Assembly: GCF_028641065.1 (NCBI RefSeq)
Contig: NC_073379.1
Span: forward strand, 21,948,001-22,012,000
DNA: 64,000 nt
Origin: Leucoraja erinacea
Taxonomy: Eukaryota
Direction of reading: 5' to 3'
The notes under the pieces were generated by a model, which did not search any database, had not been told where the DNA came from, and was given only the letters and a program-made list of their open reading frames with translations. Both the position numbers and the translations under genes were made by a program. Of the stretch, positions 12,075 to 22,523 are shown in pieces. Each line of letters begins with the position of its first letter. Positions within the stretch are counted from its first letter, which is position 1.

Positions 12075-12782
12075 TTATTCTCTGTATGCTGGTAGGAACC
12101 AGATTTGACTGTTGAGACTCTTAACCTTAAGAGCCTCGCAGTTGTCTGGTGCTGTGTGCTCCTCCAGCACTTGGGCGAGCACCTTCTCCTGAAGAGGTTT
12201 GTTCGACAGGTGATTTATACTAGCCGCCATCCTCGGCTCCAAAGGTGCTCCAACCCGTGGGGTAGCGACAAAACGATCCACAACACCCAGCAGCTGTTCT
12301 TCCTGCACACCCTGCACACTCCCGATTCCTTCCACCTGCCCCTTTTCCAGACCAGCCCTGCCCTGGTCACCAATGCTAGCCTCCAGTTCTAGGTCTGAGG
12401 TTGCAAAGGGAAGTGCCGGACTCGACACTATGGAGGAGGCACCTGTCCTGTCTGCCCGAGAGCGCTGCTGTTCTCGGTAGACCATCCCCTCCAAGAGCTG
12501 CTGTATGCAACTCAGGCGGTTGTCTCTCCTCCGTTTTGGGGAGGACATTTCCCCCTCCGACGAGTTGGAGTCGACCGGCCGATTGGTTTTCCGGGTTGCT
12601 TTCCCAGCCCGCCGTGTAGGCTCTGGCGTGACTGGGACCGGCTCGGTCTCGGGAATTGTAAACCGCTCCTCGAGCGGTACTACCGCCGGTTGCTGTCCCA
12701 CTGGAATAGGCTCCTCCGGTGGAGTTAGAGCCCGGGCAGTTTTCTGAGAAAGTTTTCTGCGTTGGGACATTTTGCTCTGCAA
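12075..12782 (-). CDS. DIRS gag-like ORF1, C-terminally truncated
   Basis: First ORF inside the element; PDNCEALKVKSLNSQIW motif, then ends abruptly before pol. Confidence 0.7.
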   Translation of the reverse strand: MQSKMSQRRKLSQKTARALTPPEEPIPVGQQPAVVPLEERFTIPETEPVPVTPEPTRRAGKATRKTNRPVDSNSSEGEMSSPKRRRDNRLSCIQQLLEGMVYREQQRSRADRTGASSIVSSPALPFATSDLELEASIGDQGRAGLEKGQVEGIGSVQGVQEEQLLGVVDRFVATPRVGAPLEPRMAASINHLSNKPLQEKVLAQVLEEHTAPDNCEALKVKSLNSQIWFLPAYRE

Positions 12783-14171
12783 AAAAATTCTAACGCCAAC
12801 TCTCTCCGGTTTCCCAACGCACCGTCCACTTACCTGACGGTCCGTTTTAAAGTGCAGCTGGAGTGCCTGACTCCAGCTGCCGCCGCTGTTGCACTGCTGG
12901 GCGTAATGCCGCGCCTGCGCCCTGAGCGGGCTTCTTCACGAAGTCACTCACGTGACTCCGAAGTAAAATCTGGGATGGAAAATTCAGTAGGTTCACAAAC
13001 ATTATTGTAGGGAATTTCTTGACCTCAGTCCTGAATGTCTGACTTCTTTTTCCCTGACATGTGGTTTTTGAATCATAAGCAGGAGGAAATAAACTTTCCA
13101 CAAGTATTTGTGAAATCCATCTATTCCCCAGAGCCCTCTGTCCATTGACATCAGTCCCAGTCCCCCTATTCTTTCCACACAATCCCCCAAATTATTCCAG
13201 TCAGGTGTGTTTAATAGTCATATGCACTGGGATTAGAACAACACAATTTTTCATTGCTGCAACTTTGTAGGCACATTGATGCAACATAATAATACATTTA
13301 CAACAAACAATAATACAATATCAGTTATACATGGTAATAGCATTTGATTAACATTTGAAGTATTTAAAGCAACCTTATACAAAGTCCATAATAGTTTGGT
13401 GCAAGAGCCTGATGATGCCACAATGAACCTAAACACAACCAAACTTCAGCACTGATCTGTTATGGACAAATAACGGGATTGCTGAATCACAGTTCGGGAG
13501 GGAGATCTTCAGTGAAATCAAAACAACCTGTTAAATGGCAAGATTGTCTTCTTGAACCTGGAGGTAAAGGTTCACATTTCCTGAACCTTCTACCTGGCAG
13601 TAGCAACAAGAGGAGATCAAGCCGTGTGATACTGTTATATTGGCTGCCCTCAATATTTACTCTCATTCACTTACCAATCAAGTGACCACAACAGCCGATC
13701 ACCAGGGCAATCCTGTCCCCAACCGATCATAGATTCCTCCACATTCCCACTTCTCTGCAACATAAAAGACATTTGTTTTATTGTAACTTTTCCCAGTTCT
13801 GATCATCAACCTGACAAACATTTGTTTCTCTCCTGATTTTTTCAATGGCAATGTAGCTATCGTAATCTTGTACTTCATACTTTCATCATTGAGCCCAGCG
13901 TCTCGCACTTCACTAACCATTGCCTCAATGTGTCACATTTGTTTTAGTTAACTGTGTCTCAGAAGGAGTTTTCCACATGTTCCTTGGCATCCTTGAGCAT
14001 TGTTCTGTTTAACTATCTTATCTCTCATTTCTGTGTAGGTATTATCACTCGGTGCTTGTCTCTGTTAATCTCACACACCTTCTCCACCTCTTCATATTCC
14101 ATCTGCAATCTTCTTATAATTCGATGGAAAATGACCATGCAGTAGAACATGCAGTAGAAAATGTAGTAGAG

Positions 14172-14531
14172 GTACATCTATGGTGATCGGGAAGAGAGGA
14201 GGTGGTGCCACACTGAACTGCAACTTCAAACACTCGAGTGCAAATAGCAGGGTGATCACTATCCTCTGGATGATGGGGACTCCATGGGAAGAGTCCATTG
14301 TCTCTAATCATACCCGCTCCTACGCCACAAGTGGTCCCGGCACTGACAATGTAAATAGAGGAGGTCGATATGAGCTGGTGGGAAACCTAGACAAGGGAGA
14401 CGCCTCCATTAGAGTGAGGGGACTCATGTTGAATGACACCAACAACTATTTCTGTCATGTTTGGATCTTTGAATCCTCTAAGAAGAAAAATTATCAGGTG
14501 ACTCAGGATGAGACGAGACTACAGGTTTTGG
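14172..14531 (+). CDS. siglec15-like: Gene A exon V2: V-set domain without the Arg (FCHVW); native splice acceptor deleted, probably skipped or weakly used
   Basis: Open frame ATLNCNF..ILW..GDASIRVRGL.LNDTNNYFC and donor G|GTAAGG are intact. Comparison with B shows a 1015-bp deletion through the acceptor; only an in-frame GAG at 14169-14171 without a pyrimidine tract remains. Confidence 0.65.
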
Positions 14532-14721
14532 GTAAGGAAACAGTCAGTGTTGAGGAGTAAATGATAAAATCACATTGAACAACTGTGAGAAGAATGAGCT
14601 TTGATCTGTTTCCTCTTTGAGCATTTCACTCCATTCTCCCGCTGGGTCTCTTTCAAATCTTCACCCTTTCCTGGTTCTCCCCCTGCACCAATGAATAACA
14701 GTGACTTTTATCCATCTCTAG

Positions 14722-14950
14722 GCTTCAGCCACCATCTTGGAGCGATGGTGATAATGTATCTGGAGATACGTGTGTGTGCGGGAGTGAATAGACAGGTTGA
14801 TCATTTCAGCTGCCATTTGTTGAGTCTACTTTCTTGTGATTGGCTTCACTTTCTAGTGGTTAAACATAGATAAACATCATGTCTAATCTCCATTGCTGGT
14901 GTTGATGGGAGAATCATGGGACCTCCAGTGACATTGTTGTCAGCCTCTGG
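14722..14950 (+). pseudogene. Decayed C2+TM exon relic behind V2 (gene A intron)
   Basis: ctag|gcttcagccaccatcttggagc matches the C2 exon start. After an internal deletion it reads ISAAIC*VYFLVIGFTF*WLNI, colinear with the gene A TM; the donor GT is changed to AT. Confidence 0.8.
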
Positions 14951-16749
14951 TTCCGGTAATGGGGGAGGGGAGAAGAGAGAGTAACTCGGGTGTGAGTGAT
15001 CCTTCATTATGTTGGCTGCTTTCCCAAGGAATAAATGCAGTTGATGGGCGGGGGAACGAGGGAAAACCTTTTATTCATTCTACATGGTTAATCCTGAGCT
15101 TTCTGGTGCTTGTAATCTTAATCATCCATGCAATTCCCCCTCTGACTATTTTTTGTGACTTCCTTATAACCCGTCTAATGCAATTTGAAGAACAGGGCTC
15201 TCTGCATCATTGCAGACTCCATTGAATTCAAGAATTTTGGATGATACTTTTTCTCTCTTTTATCAGAACTAACCAGTTCTACTGAAGATAAGCAAAATGG
15301 AATATTAATCAGTTATTCTCTGAACAATTATTGCAACTTAAAATAAGTTAGCTGAAGTTGCAGAGGTTGTATAGAGGGGTGGATTGGAAATAGGAAATAT
15401 TTCTGAAAGGGTGAGTCTAGGTTTGCTGTTGATGAAATTATCTGGTTGATAAATTAAGGAAGGAAACTGGAGACAGAGAACACAAACAAAGATAGAAACA
15501 GAGCTGCAAAATGCACGTCAGCTGCAAGAAACACGCTGCAGATCAGGCAGTGTCAGTGGAGAGAGGAGAACTGAGTCAGTATTGCAGATGGATAACCTGC
15601 TGCAGAACTTCTGATACAAACAGCGAGAAAGTTACCAGAAATTGTTGCATTCAATGTTGACTCAATGGTTCAATGGGTCAACCGTGAATAGAACAATTTC
15701 TGGTGACTTGCTTGCTGTTTGTATCAGAACTGGCGAGTTCTACAGCATCTGCGATACTGACTCAGTTCTCCTGAAGAAGAATCACGACCCGAAAAGTCAC
15801 CGATTCATTCTATCCAGAGATGCTGCCAGCCCGCTGAATTACTCCAGCATTTTGTGTCTATTTTCGGTTCAATGGTTTCTTTATTATCACATGTAGCAAG
15901 TACAGTGAAATATTTTTTTGCATACAGATCAGTAAGAATATCACCGTACATAAATAGGCACAATCCCCCCGGTTAGTACATCATGTACAGAAGAACCCAC
16001 TGAGTCTGGGCAACAGTTGCCATTTTGCACCATTTTACAGTCCTCGATGCAGTGGCCACAGAGGCCCCATTGCAGCCGCCGCCTCCATTCCAGTTGTCCT
16101 GGAATGTTGACCCTCACCCTGCACAGCCCTATTCAGCCCTTCTGCCCCAGGGGTGGTGTGCGGTGGGGGGGGGGACTCCTCCCGCAGATGAGATTAGGGA
16201 GCGGAAGTTAAAAATACATTTCTTCTCATCTCCATTCTAAAGGTACGTCCTTTATCTCTGAGGCTGCACCTTGTTTTCCTAGACTCTCTCACTAGTAGAA
16301 ACATCCTCTCCACATACACTCTCTCCACGCCTTTCACTATCCGGTAAGTTTCAACGAGATTCCCCCCCATCCTTTTAAACTAAGTTGCTCCTATAACCAG
16401 CAAAACAACCTGAGCTGCTTCCTTCACAGCATGTAATGAGACCAACAAACTATTTACAGGGTTGTCAGTGCATGAGAGGCTGACCACTGAGGCAGGATTT
16501 AAAGGGAATAAAGTAGATTCAGATTATTTATATACACCAGGATACTATGGAATTGGAGAATGGAGATGGGGAAGAATTTCTTTAGCCAGAGGGCGGTGAA
16601 TCTGTGGAATTCATTGACACAGATGGTGGTGGAGGCCAAGTCATTGGGTATTTTTAAAGCGGTGATTGAGATGCTTGATTCGTAAGGACGTCAAAGATTG
16701 GTCACTATTCCAGTTGTCCTCCACCCCGCCTGATTCGGTTAACCAGGCA

Positions 16750-17670
16750 TTTTCTGGTTGGCTGCCAGTTACTAGCAGAGTTCCGCAGGGCTCGGTGCTG
16801 GGGCCGCTGCTCTTCACATTGTATATTAATGATTTGGATGAGGGGATTGAAGGCTTTGTGGCCAAGTTTGCGGATTATACAAAAATAGGTGGATGAGCAG
16901 GTAGTGCAGAGAAAGCAGGGTCTCTGCAGAAGAACTTGGATAGGTTGGGAGAGTGGGCAGAGAAGTGGCAGATGGAAAGGTGTGGAAAAGTGTGGAGTCA
17001 TGTATTTTGGTAATAGGATTAAAGGCGTTGGTTACTTTCTACATGGGGAGAGAATCCAGAAATCGGAGGTGCAAGGTGACTTGAGAATGCTGGTGCAGGA
17101 TTCACAAAAAGTTAATCTGCAAGTTGAATCAGTTGTAAAGAAAGCAAACGCAATGCTAGCATTTATTTCGAGAGGGTTTATATGCAAAAGTAGGGATGTA
17201 ATGCTGAGAATCTTTCAGGCGCTGGTCAGGCCACATTTGGAATATTGTGAGCAATTTTAGGCACCATATCTGAGGAAGGATGTGCTGGCTCTGGAGAGGG
17301 TCCAGAGGAGGTTCACAAGAATGATCCCAGGAATGAGTAGGATAACATCAGATGAATATTTGACGGCACTGGGCCTATGTTTGCTGCAGTTTAGAAGAAT
17401 GAGGGAGGACCTCATTGAAACAGACAGAATAGTGAAAGGTTTGGATGTGGAGAGGATGCTTCCACTAGTGGGAGAGTCGAAGACGAGAGGTTTTAGCCTC
17501 AGAATTAAAGGACGTTCTTTTAGGAAGGAGATGAGGATGATTTTTTTTGGTAGGAGGGTGGTGAATCTATGGAATTCATTGCCACAGATGGCTGTGGAGG
17601 CAAAGTCAGTGGATATATTTAAGGCAGAGATAAGTAGATTCCTGATTAGTGCAGATGTCAGAGGTAATGA
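16750..17670 (+). mobile_element. CR1 LINE RT fragment, degenerate (paralogous copy 57025-57940)
   Basis: VPQGSVLGPLLF..INDLD..KFAD.TKIGG; LVRPHLEYC; LERVQRRFTRMIPG; frameshifted. Confidence 0.9.
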
Positions 17671-17991
17671 GAAGTGCTTAGGGTGCAGAACCTAAGACCC
17701 GCCCCCCCCACCCACCTAATTCAGTTAACCGCGCCTTTAGTCACCCTCCATCCTCCTCTCCGGATCCTGGTCTTCAAGGTCAAGGTTCCATCTTGTCCAG
17801 ACTGAAGCTGAGATGTCTTTACTTGAGATTGGCCCTTATTAGAATAGTGCAGGTCAGGAACAGGTGGATCAGAGTGGAATGGGATGGAGAATCCAAGTCA
17901 CAAGTATGGATGAACTATTGATAAAGACTGTGTGGTTATTGTATTCAATTACTAAATCATATTCACACTTTAAAACTCTTCTCTCTGCAAG

Positions 17992-18354
17992 TTGATAATG
18001 ACAGAGCATCCATGGTGATTGGGAGGAAGGGTGCGACTGCCACACTGCCCTGCTCCTTCAGTCCCTCGAACAGGAATCCCAGCTCCATCACCATCAGCTG
18101 GATGAAGAGGAATCCACCAAAATGGTCTGTTGTCTTTCGTGACACTTCTCCCCGCCCAGCAGCAAATCACATTCCTGAAAATGTAAATAAAGGAAATCGA
18201 TTTGAGCTGGTGGGAAATCTGGAGCAGGGAGACGCCTCCATCAGAGTGAAGGGACTCAAACTGAATGACGCCAGTGATTACTCCTGTCACGTTTATGTCA
18301 GGAATTCAACGTTGACGACTGTGACTCAGGATGAGATGAAACTGCAGGTTGTGG
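17992..18354 (+). CDS. siglec15-like: Gene A exon V3a: V-set domain (YSCHV)
   Basis: Acceptor ctcttctctctgcAAG| and donor G|GTAAGG; 363 nt, phase 1-1; ATLPCSF..ISW..GDASIRVKGLKLNDASDYSC. Confidence 0.85.
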
Positions 18355-18994
18355 GTAAGGAAACGTATGTTATGCTGTAAACGATAATATCATATTGAAC
18401 AACCTTAGGAGGAATGAGCTCCCACTGACAGTGTAGACCAGCACAGGAACAGGCCCTTTGGCCCGCAATGTCTGTACCGGACATGATGCTACGTTAATCT
18501 CGTCTACCTGCAGGTGATACATTTCTTCCATTACCTGCATTTCAAAAAGTCTCTAAAACTCCACTATCGTAGCTGCCTCCACCACCCCTAACAGTATTTT
18601 CCTGGCACCCACCACCCTCTGTGTAAACAATAACTTCCCCCACATATCTCCTTTCATCTTTTCCCATCTGTCCTTGTCACAATGCTGTCTATTCGTTGAC
18701 ATTTCCGCCAGAGGCAAAAGGTTCTGACTCTCTCTCCTATCCATGTCTTTCATATTTTTATAAACTTTCAACAGTCCAGAGAAACAGTTCAAGTATGTCC
18801 GACCTTTTCTTATAACTAATGCCCGCTAATCCAGGCAGCAATCTGCTAAACCTCTTCTGAACCCTTTCCAAAGTCTCCTCATCCTTCCTGTAATGGGTGA
18901 AAACTGCACATAAAACTGAATGCAATAATCCCAGTGTCTTAACTAAAGTTGTATAGAGCTACAACATGACTTCCTGACTCTTGTATTCAGTAGA

Positions 18995-19170
18995 TAGACA
19001 CTAAAAGCTGGAGTAACTCACCGGGACATGTAGCATCTCTGGAGAGAAGGAATGGATGATGTTTTGGGTCGAGTATCATCTTCTCGACCTGAAACGTGAC
19101 CCATCCTTTCTCTCCAGAGATGCTGCCTGTCCCGCCGAGTTACTCCAGCTTTTTGTGTCCATCTTCGGTT
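18995..19170. repeat. Palindromic ~170-bp interspersed repeat (other copies near 20980, 35615, 36105, 54660, 59305)
   Basis: gacac..aaaagctggagtaactca..gcatctctggag is followed by its reverse complement ctccagagatgctg..gagttactccagctttttgtgtc. Confidence 0.75.
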
Positions 19171-19536
19171 TTAACCAGCATCTGCAGTTCCTTCCTACAC
19201 ATCTTGTATTCAGTACCTTGACCAATGAAAGCAAGAATACTGTACACGTTTTTAACGTGTTGCCATTTTCAGGGAGTTATGGAATTGGATCCCAATATTT
19301 TTCTGTACATCAGTGGTATTAAGGGTCTTGCCCTTGTATATTTTCCACTTGCATTCAATATCCCAAAGTCAACACTTCACACATGTTCGGATCAAATTCC
19401 ATCTGCCATTTCTCTGCCTATATCTGTATTAGATTAAAATTTGTAGTATCTTTCGACAGTTCTATGTTCATCTGTCTTCCTCATGATACTCTTGCATTTT
19501 CAATAAGCAACACTACAGCCCATGTGTGGGTTTGAT

Positions 19537-19656
19537 ATTTGAGCTGCCACTTATGTGGACTGCACTCTTACGATTGGCTTCACTTTCTCATGTTTGATCA
19601 GAGGTGAACGCCACTGTCTCATCTCCAATGTTGGTGTTGACGGGAGTCTTGTGGCA
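19537..19656 (+). pseudogene. Decayed TM exon relic behind V3a
   Basis: Reads I*AATYVDCTLTIGFTFSCLIR G|GTGAAC, codon-colinear with IRAAIYAVYFLIIGLTFCWLKR G|GTGAAC of the gene A TM. Confidence 0.8.
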
Positions 19657-19975
19657 AGCTATGTCAAGTTATTGCCCTAAGACCCCCCCCCCCCTTCCCA
19701 CCTAATTCAGTTAACCGCGCCTTTAGTCACGCTCCATCCTCCTCTCCGGTTCCTGGTCTTCAAGGTCAAGGTTCCATCTTGTCCAGACTGAAGCTGAGAT
19801 GTCTTTACTTGAGATTGGCCCTTATTAGAATAGTGCAGGTCAGGAACAGGTGGATCAGAGTGGAATGGGATGGAGAATCCAAGTCACATGTATGGATGAA
19901 CTATTGATAAAGACTGTGTGGTTATTGTATTCAATTACTAAATCATATTCACTTTAAAACTCTTCTCTCTGCAAG

Positions 19976-20338
19976 GTGATAATGACAGAGCATCCATGGT
20001 GATTGGGAGGAAGGGTGCGACTGCCACACTGCCCTGCTCCTTCAGTCCCTCGAACAGGAATCCCAGCTCCATCACCATCAGCTGGATGAAGGGGAATCCA
20101 CCAAAATGGTCTGTTGTCTTTCGTGACACTTCTCCCCGCCCAGCAGCAAATCACATTCCTGAAAATGTCAATATAGAAAATCGATATGAGCTGGTGGGAA
20201 ATCTGGAGCAGGGAGACGCCTCCATCAGAGTGAAGGGACTCAAACTGAATGACACCAGTGATTACTCCTGTCACGTTTATGTCAGGAATTCAACATTGAC
20301 GACTGTGACTCAAGATGAGATGAAACTGCAGGTTGTGG
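19976..20338 (+). CDS. siglec15-like: Gene A exon V3b: tandem duplicate of V3a
   Basis: Near-identical to V3a at an offset of 1984 bp; same splice sites; open frame. Confidence 0.85.
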
Positions 20339-22151
20339 GTAAGGAAACGTATGTTATGCTGTAAACGATAATATCATATTGAACAACCTTAGGAGGAATG
20401 AGCTCCCACTGACAGTGTAGACCAGCACAGGAACAGGCCCTTTGGCCCGCAATGTCTGTACCGAACATGATGCTACGTTAATCTCGTCTACCTGCAGGTG
20501 ATACATTTCTTCCATTACCTGCATTTCAAAAAGTCTCTAAAACTCCACTATCGTAGCTGCCTCCACCTCCCCTAACAGTATTTTCCTGGCACCCACCACC
20601 CTCTGTGTAAACAATAACTTTCCCCACATATCTCCTTTCATCTTTTCCCATGTGCCCTTGTCACAATGACGTCTATTCGTAGACATTTCCGCCGTAGGCA
20701 AAAGGTTCTGACTCTCTCTCCTATCCATGTCTTTCATATTTTTATAAACTTTCAACAGTCCAGAGAAACAGTTCAAGTATGTCCGACCTTTTCTTATAAC
20801 TATTACCCTCTAATCCAGGCAGCATTCTGCTAAACCTCTTCTGAACCCTTTCCAAAGTCTCCTCATCCTTCCTGTAATGGGTGAAAACTGCACATAAAAC
20901 TGAATGCAATAATCCCAGTGTCTTAACTAAAGTTGTATAGAGCTACAACATGACTTCCTGACTCTTGTATTCAGTAAATAGACACTAAAAGCTGGAGTAA
21001 CTCACCGGGACAGGTAGCATCTCTGGAGAGAAGGAATGGATGATGTTTCGGGTCAAGTATCTTCTTCTTGACCTGAAACATGACACATCCTTTCTCTCCA
21101 GAGATGCTGCCTGTCCCGCTGAGTTACTCCAGCTTTTTGTGTCCATCTTCGGTTTTAACCAGCATCTGCAGTTCCTTCCTACACATCTTGTATTCAGTAC
21201 CTTGACCAATGAAAGCAAGAAAACTGTAGACGTTTTTAATGTGTTGCCATTTTCAGGGAGTTATGGAATTGGATCCCAATATTTTTCTGTACATCAGTGG
21301 TATTAAGGGTCTTGCCCTTGTATATTTTCCACTTGCATTCAACCTCCCAAAGACAACACTTCACGTATGTTTGGATCAAACTCCATCTGCCATTTCTCTG
21401 CCTATATCTGTATTAGATTAATATTTGTAGTATCTTTCGACAGTTCTACGTTCATCTGCCTTCCTCATGATACTCTTGCATTTTCAAAGGCGCCCAAAAA
21501 TAAAATGTATTATTATTATTAGAACCATTATGTTCTGCACAGATATTGTGGATCTTTGTAACACAGACCATGTCACAGACACAGGGACTGGAGATCGGCC
21601 CAATGCATTGTAGGTTCCATTCCTTGCCCTGGGCTTCCCTTGCTCAGCACTGCCCCTAGTGGTTTGAAAACAGTGCTGATTCCAGCCAAGATACATGGAG
21701 CTCCCTGTGGCAGGATCAGAGATTCAGAACCACATTCACCAGCGGAACCTACAGTCACTGTGTCTGTGACATGGTCCGTGTTACAAAGATCCACAGTCGG
21801 CCCTGGGGGTATCATCCGTCTCTTTCATTCACATCGACTCCGGGATCCTGTATGTTCTCTCATTGAATATTACATAGAAATGTACAGCACAGGACCAGTC
21901 CGTTTGGCCCGCAATATCTGTGCAGAATATAATGGTTCTGTAAGTTAAACTAATATCATCTGCCGACACATGATCCATATCCCTCCATATCCCTGTAGAT
22001 CCATGTGCTTCTCAAAGGCACCGTCATATCTGCAAATATTTCACTGCAGTCTCCTAGATGTGTCCTTCCAATCCCCATTCAGATGGACTCTATCTGCACA
22101 CACCAACAGTGATTAATTCAATGAATTTAATACATTTCTTCATTCTCCTAG

Positions 22152-22523
22152 TCCCAGCCACCATCCTGGAGCTGTTCGTTGTGAGCGACAATGGAGCTGG
22201 AGAACGCACCCTCGTGTGCAGGGCTGAAGGGAAGCCCCCTGCAAACATCACATGGATCGGCCCAGGGAACAGTGCACTGCCCGTGAACATTAGTGAGATG
22301 ATAGTCACACATGATCCAGAGAAACTACTGACTGTAGGAGAGCTGCTTCACCCCAGGCTGCCAGGGAAATACACGTGTGTGGCTGTGAATGAACACCAGA
22401 TGGACACACGTGAGATTCGCCTTTTCGAGGATGGACGAAGTGATGAAGCGTTCGCCATTCGGGCTGCCATTTATGCCGTCTATTTTCTTATAATTGGCCT
22501 CACATTCTGCTGGTTGAAGAGAG
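22152..22523 (+). CDS. siglec15-like: Gene A exon C2-set + transmembrane (TM with Arg: AFAIRAAIYAVYFLIIGLTFCWLKR)
   Basis: Acceptor ttctccTAG|. LVCRAEGKPPANITWIGP..GKYTCVAVNEH resembles Siglec-15 C2 (LCTAEGEPPPALAWSGP..GRYTCTAANSL). Probable donor AG|GTGAAC; read-through would stop at 22624. Confidence 0.85.

Larger units (their letters stand above)
8906..12969 (-). mobile_element. DIRS1-type tyrosine-recombinase retrotransposon, internally deleted, recent insertion
   Basis: Inverted termini (8978-9012 vs 12906-12940), internal complementary region 9130-9241, and gag, RT-RNaseH-MT and YR ORFs; empty site aaact|ctggg at ~52715 in gene B. Confidence 0.95.
17690..21487 (+). repeat. Tandem duplication of a ~1.98-kb unit containing the V3 exon
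   Basis: 17690-19656 is repeated at 19676-21487; both units start at cctaagacccc plus a poly-C tract. Confidence 0.95.

Noticed and set aside
13630-13685. Possible relic of a B-type TM exon in the V1-V2 intron (atattggct..tatttactctcat)
   Set aside because: Only two short matches requiring gaps; cannot be distinguished from chance by eye.
17690-21487. Mosaic origin of V3a/V3b from a third paralogue
   Set aside because: B shares some variants with each unit, which is equally explained by private mutations; this needs a formal alignment.
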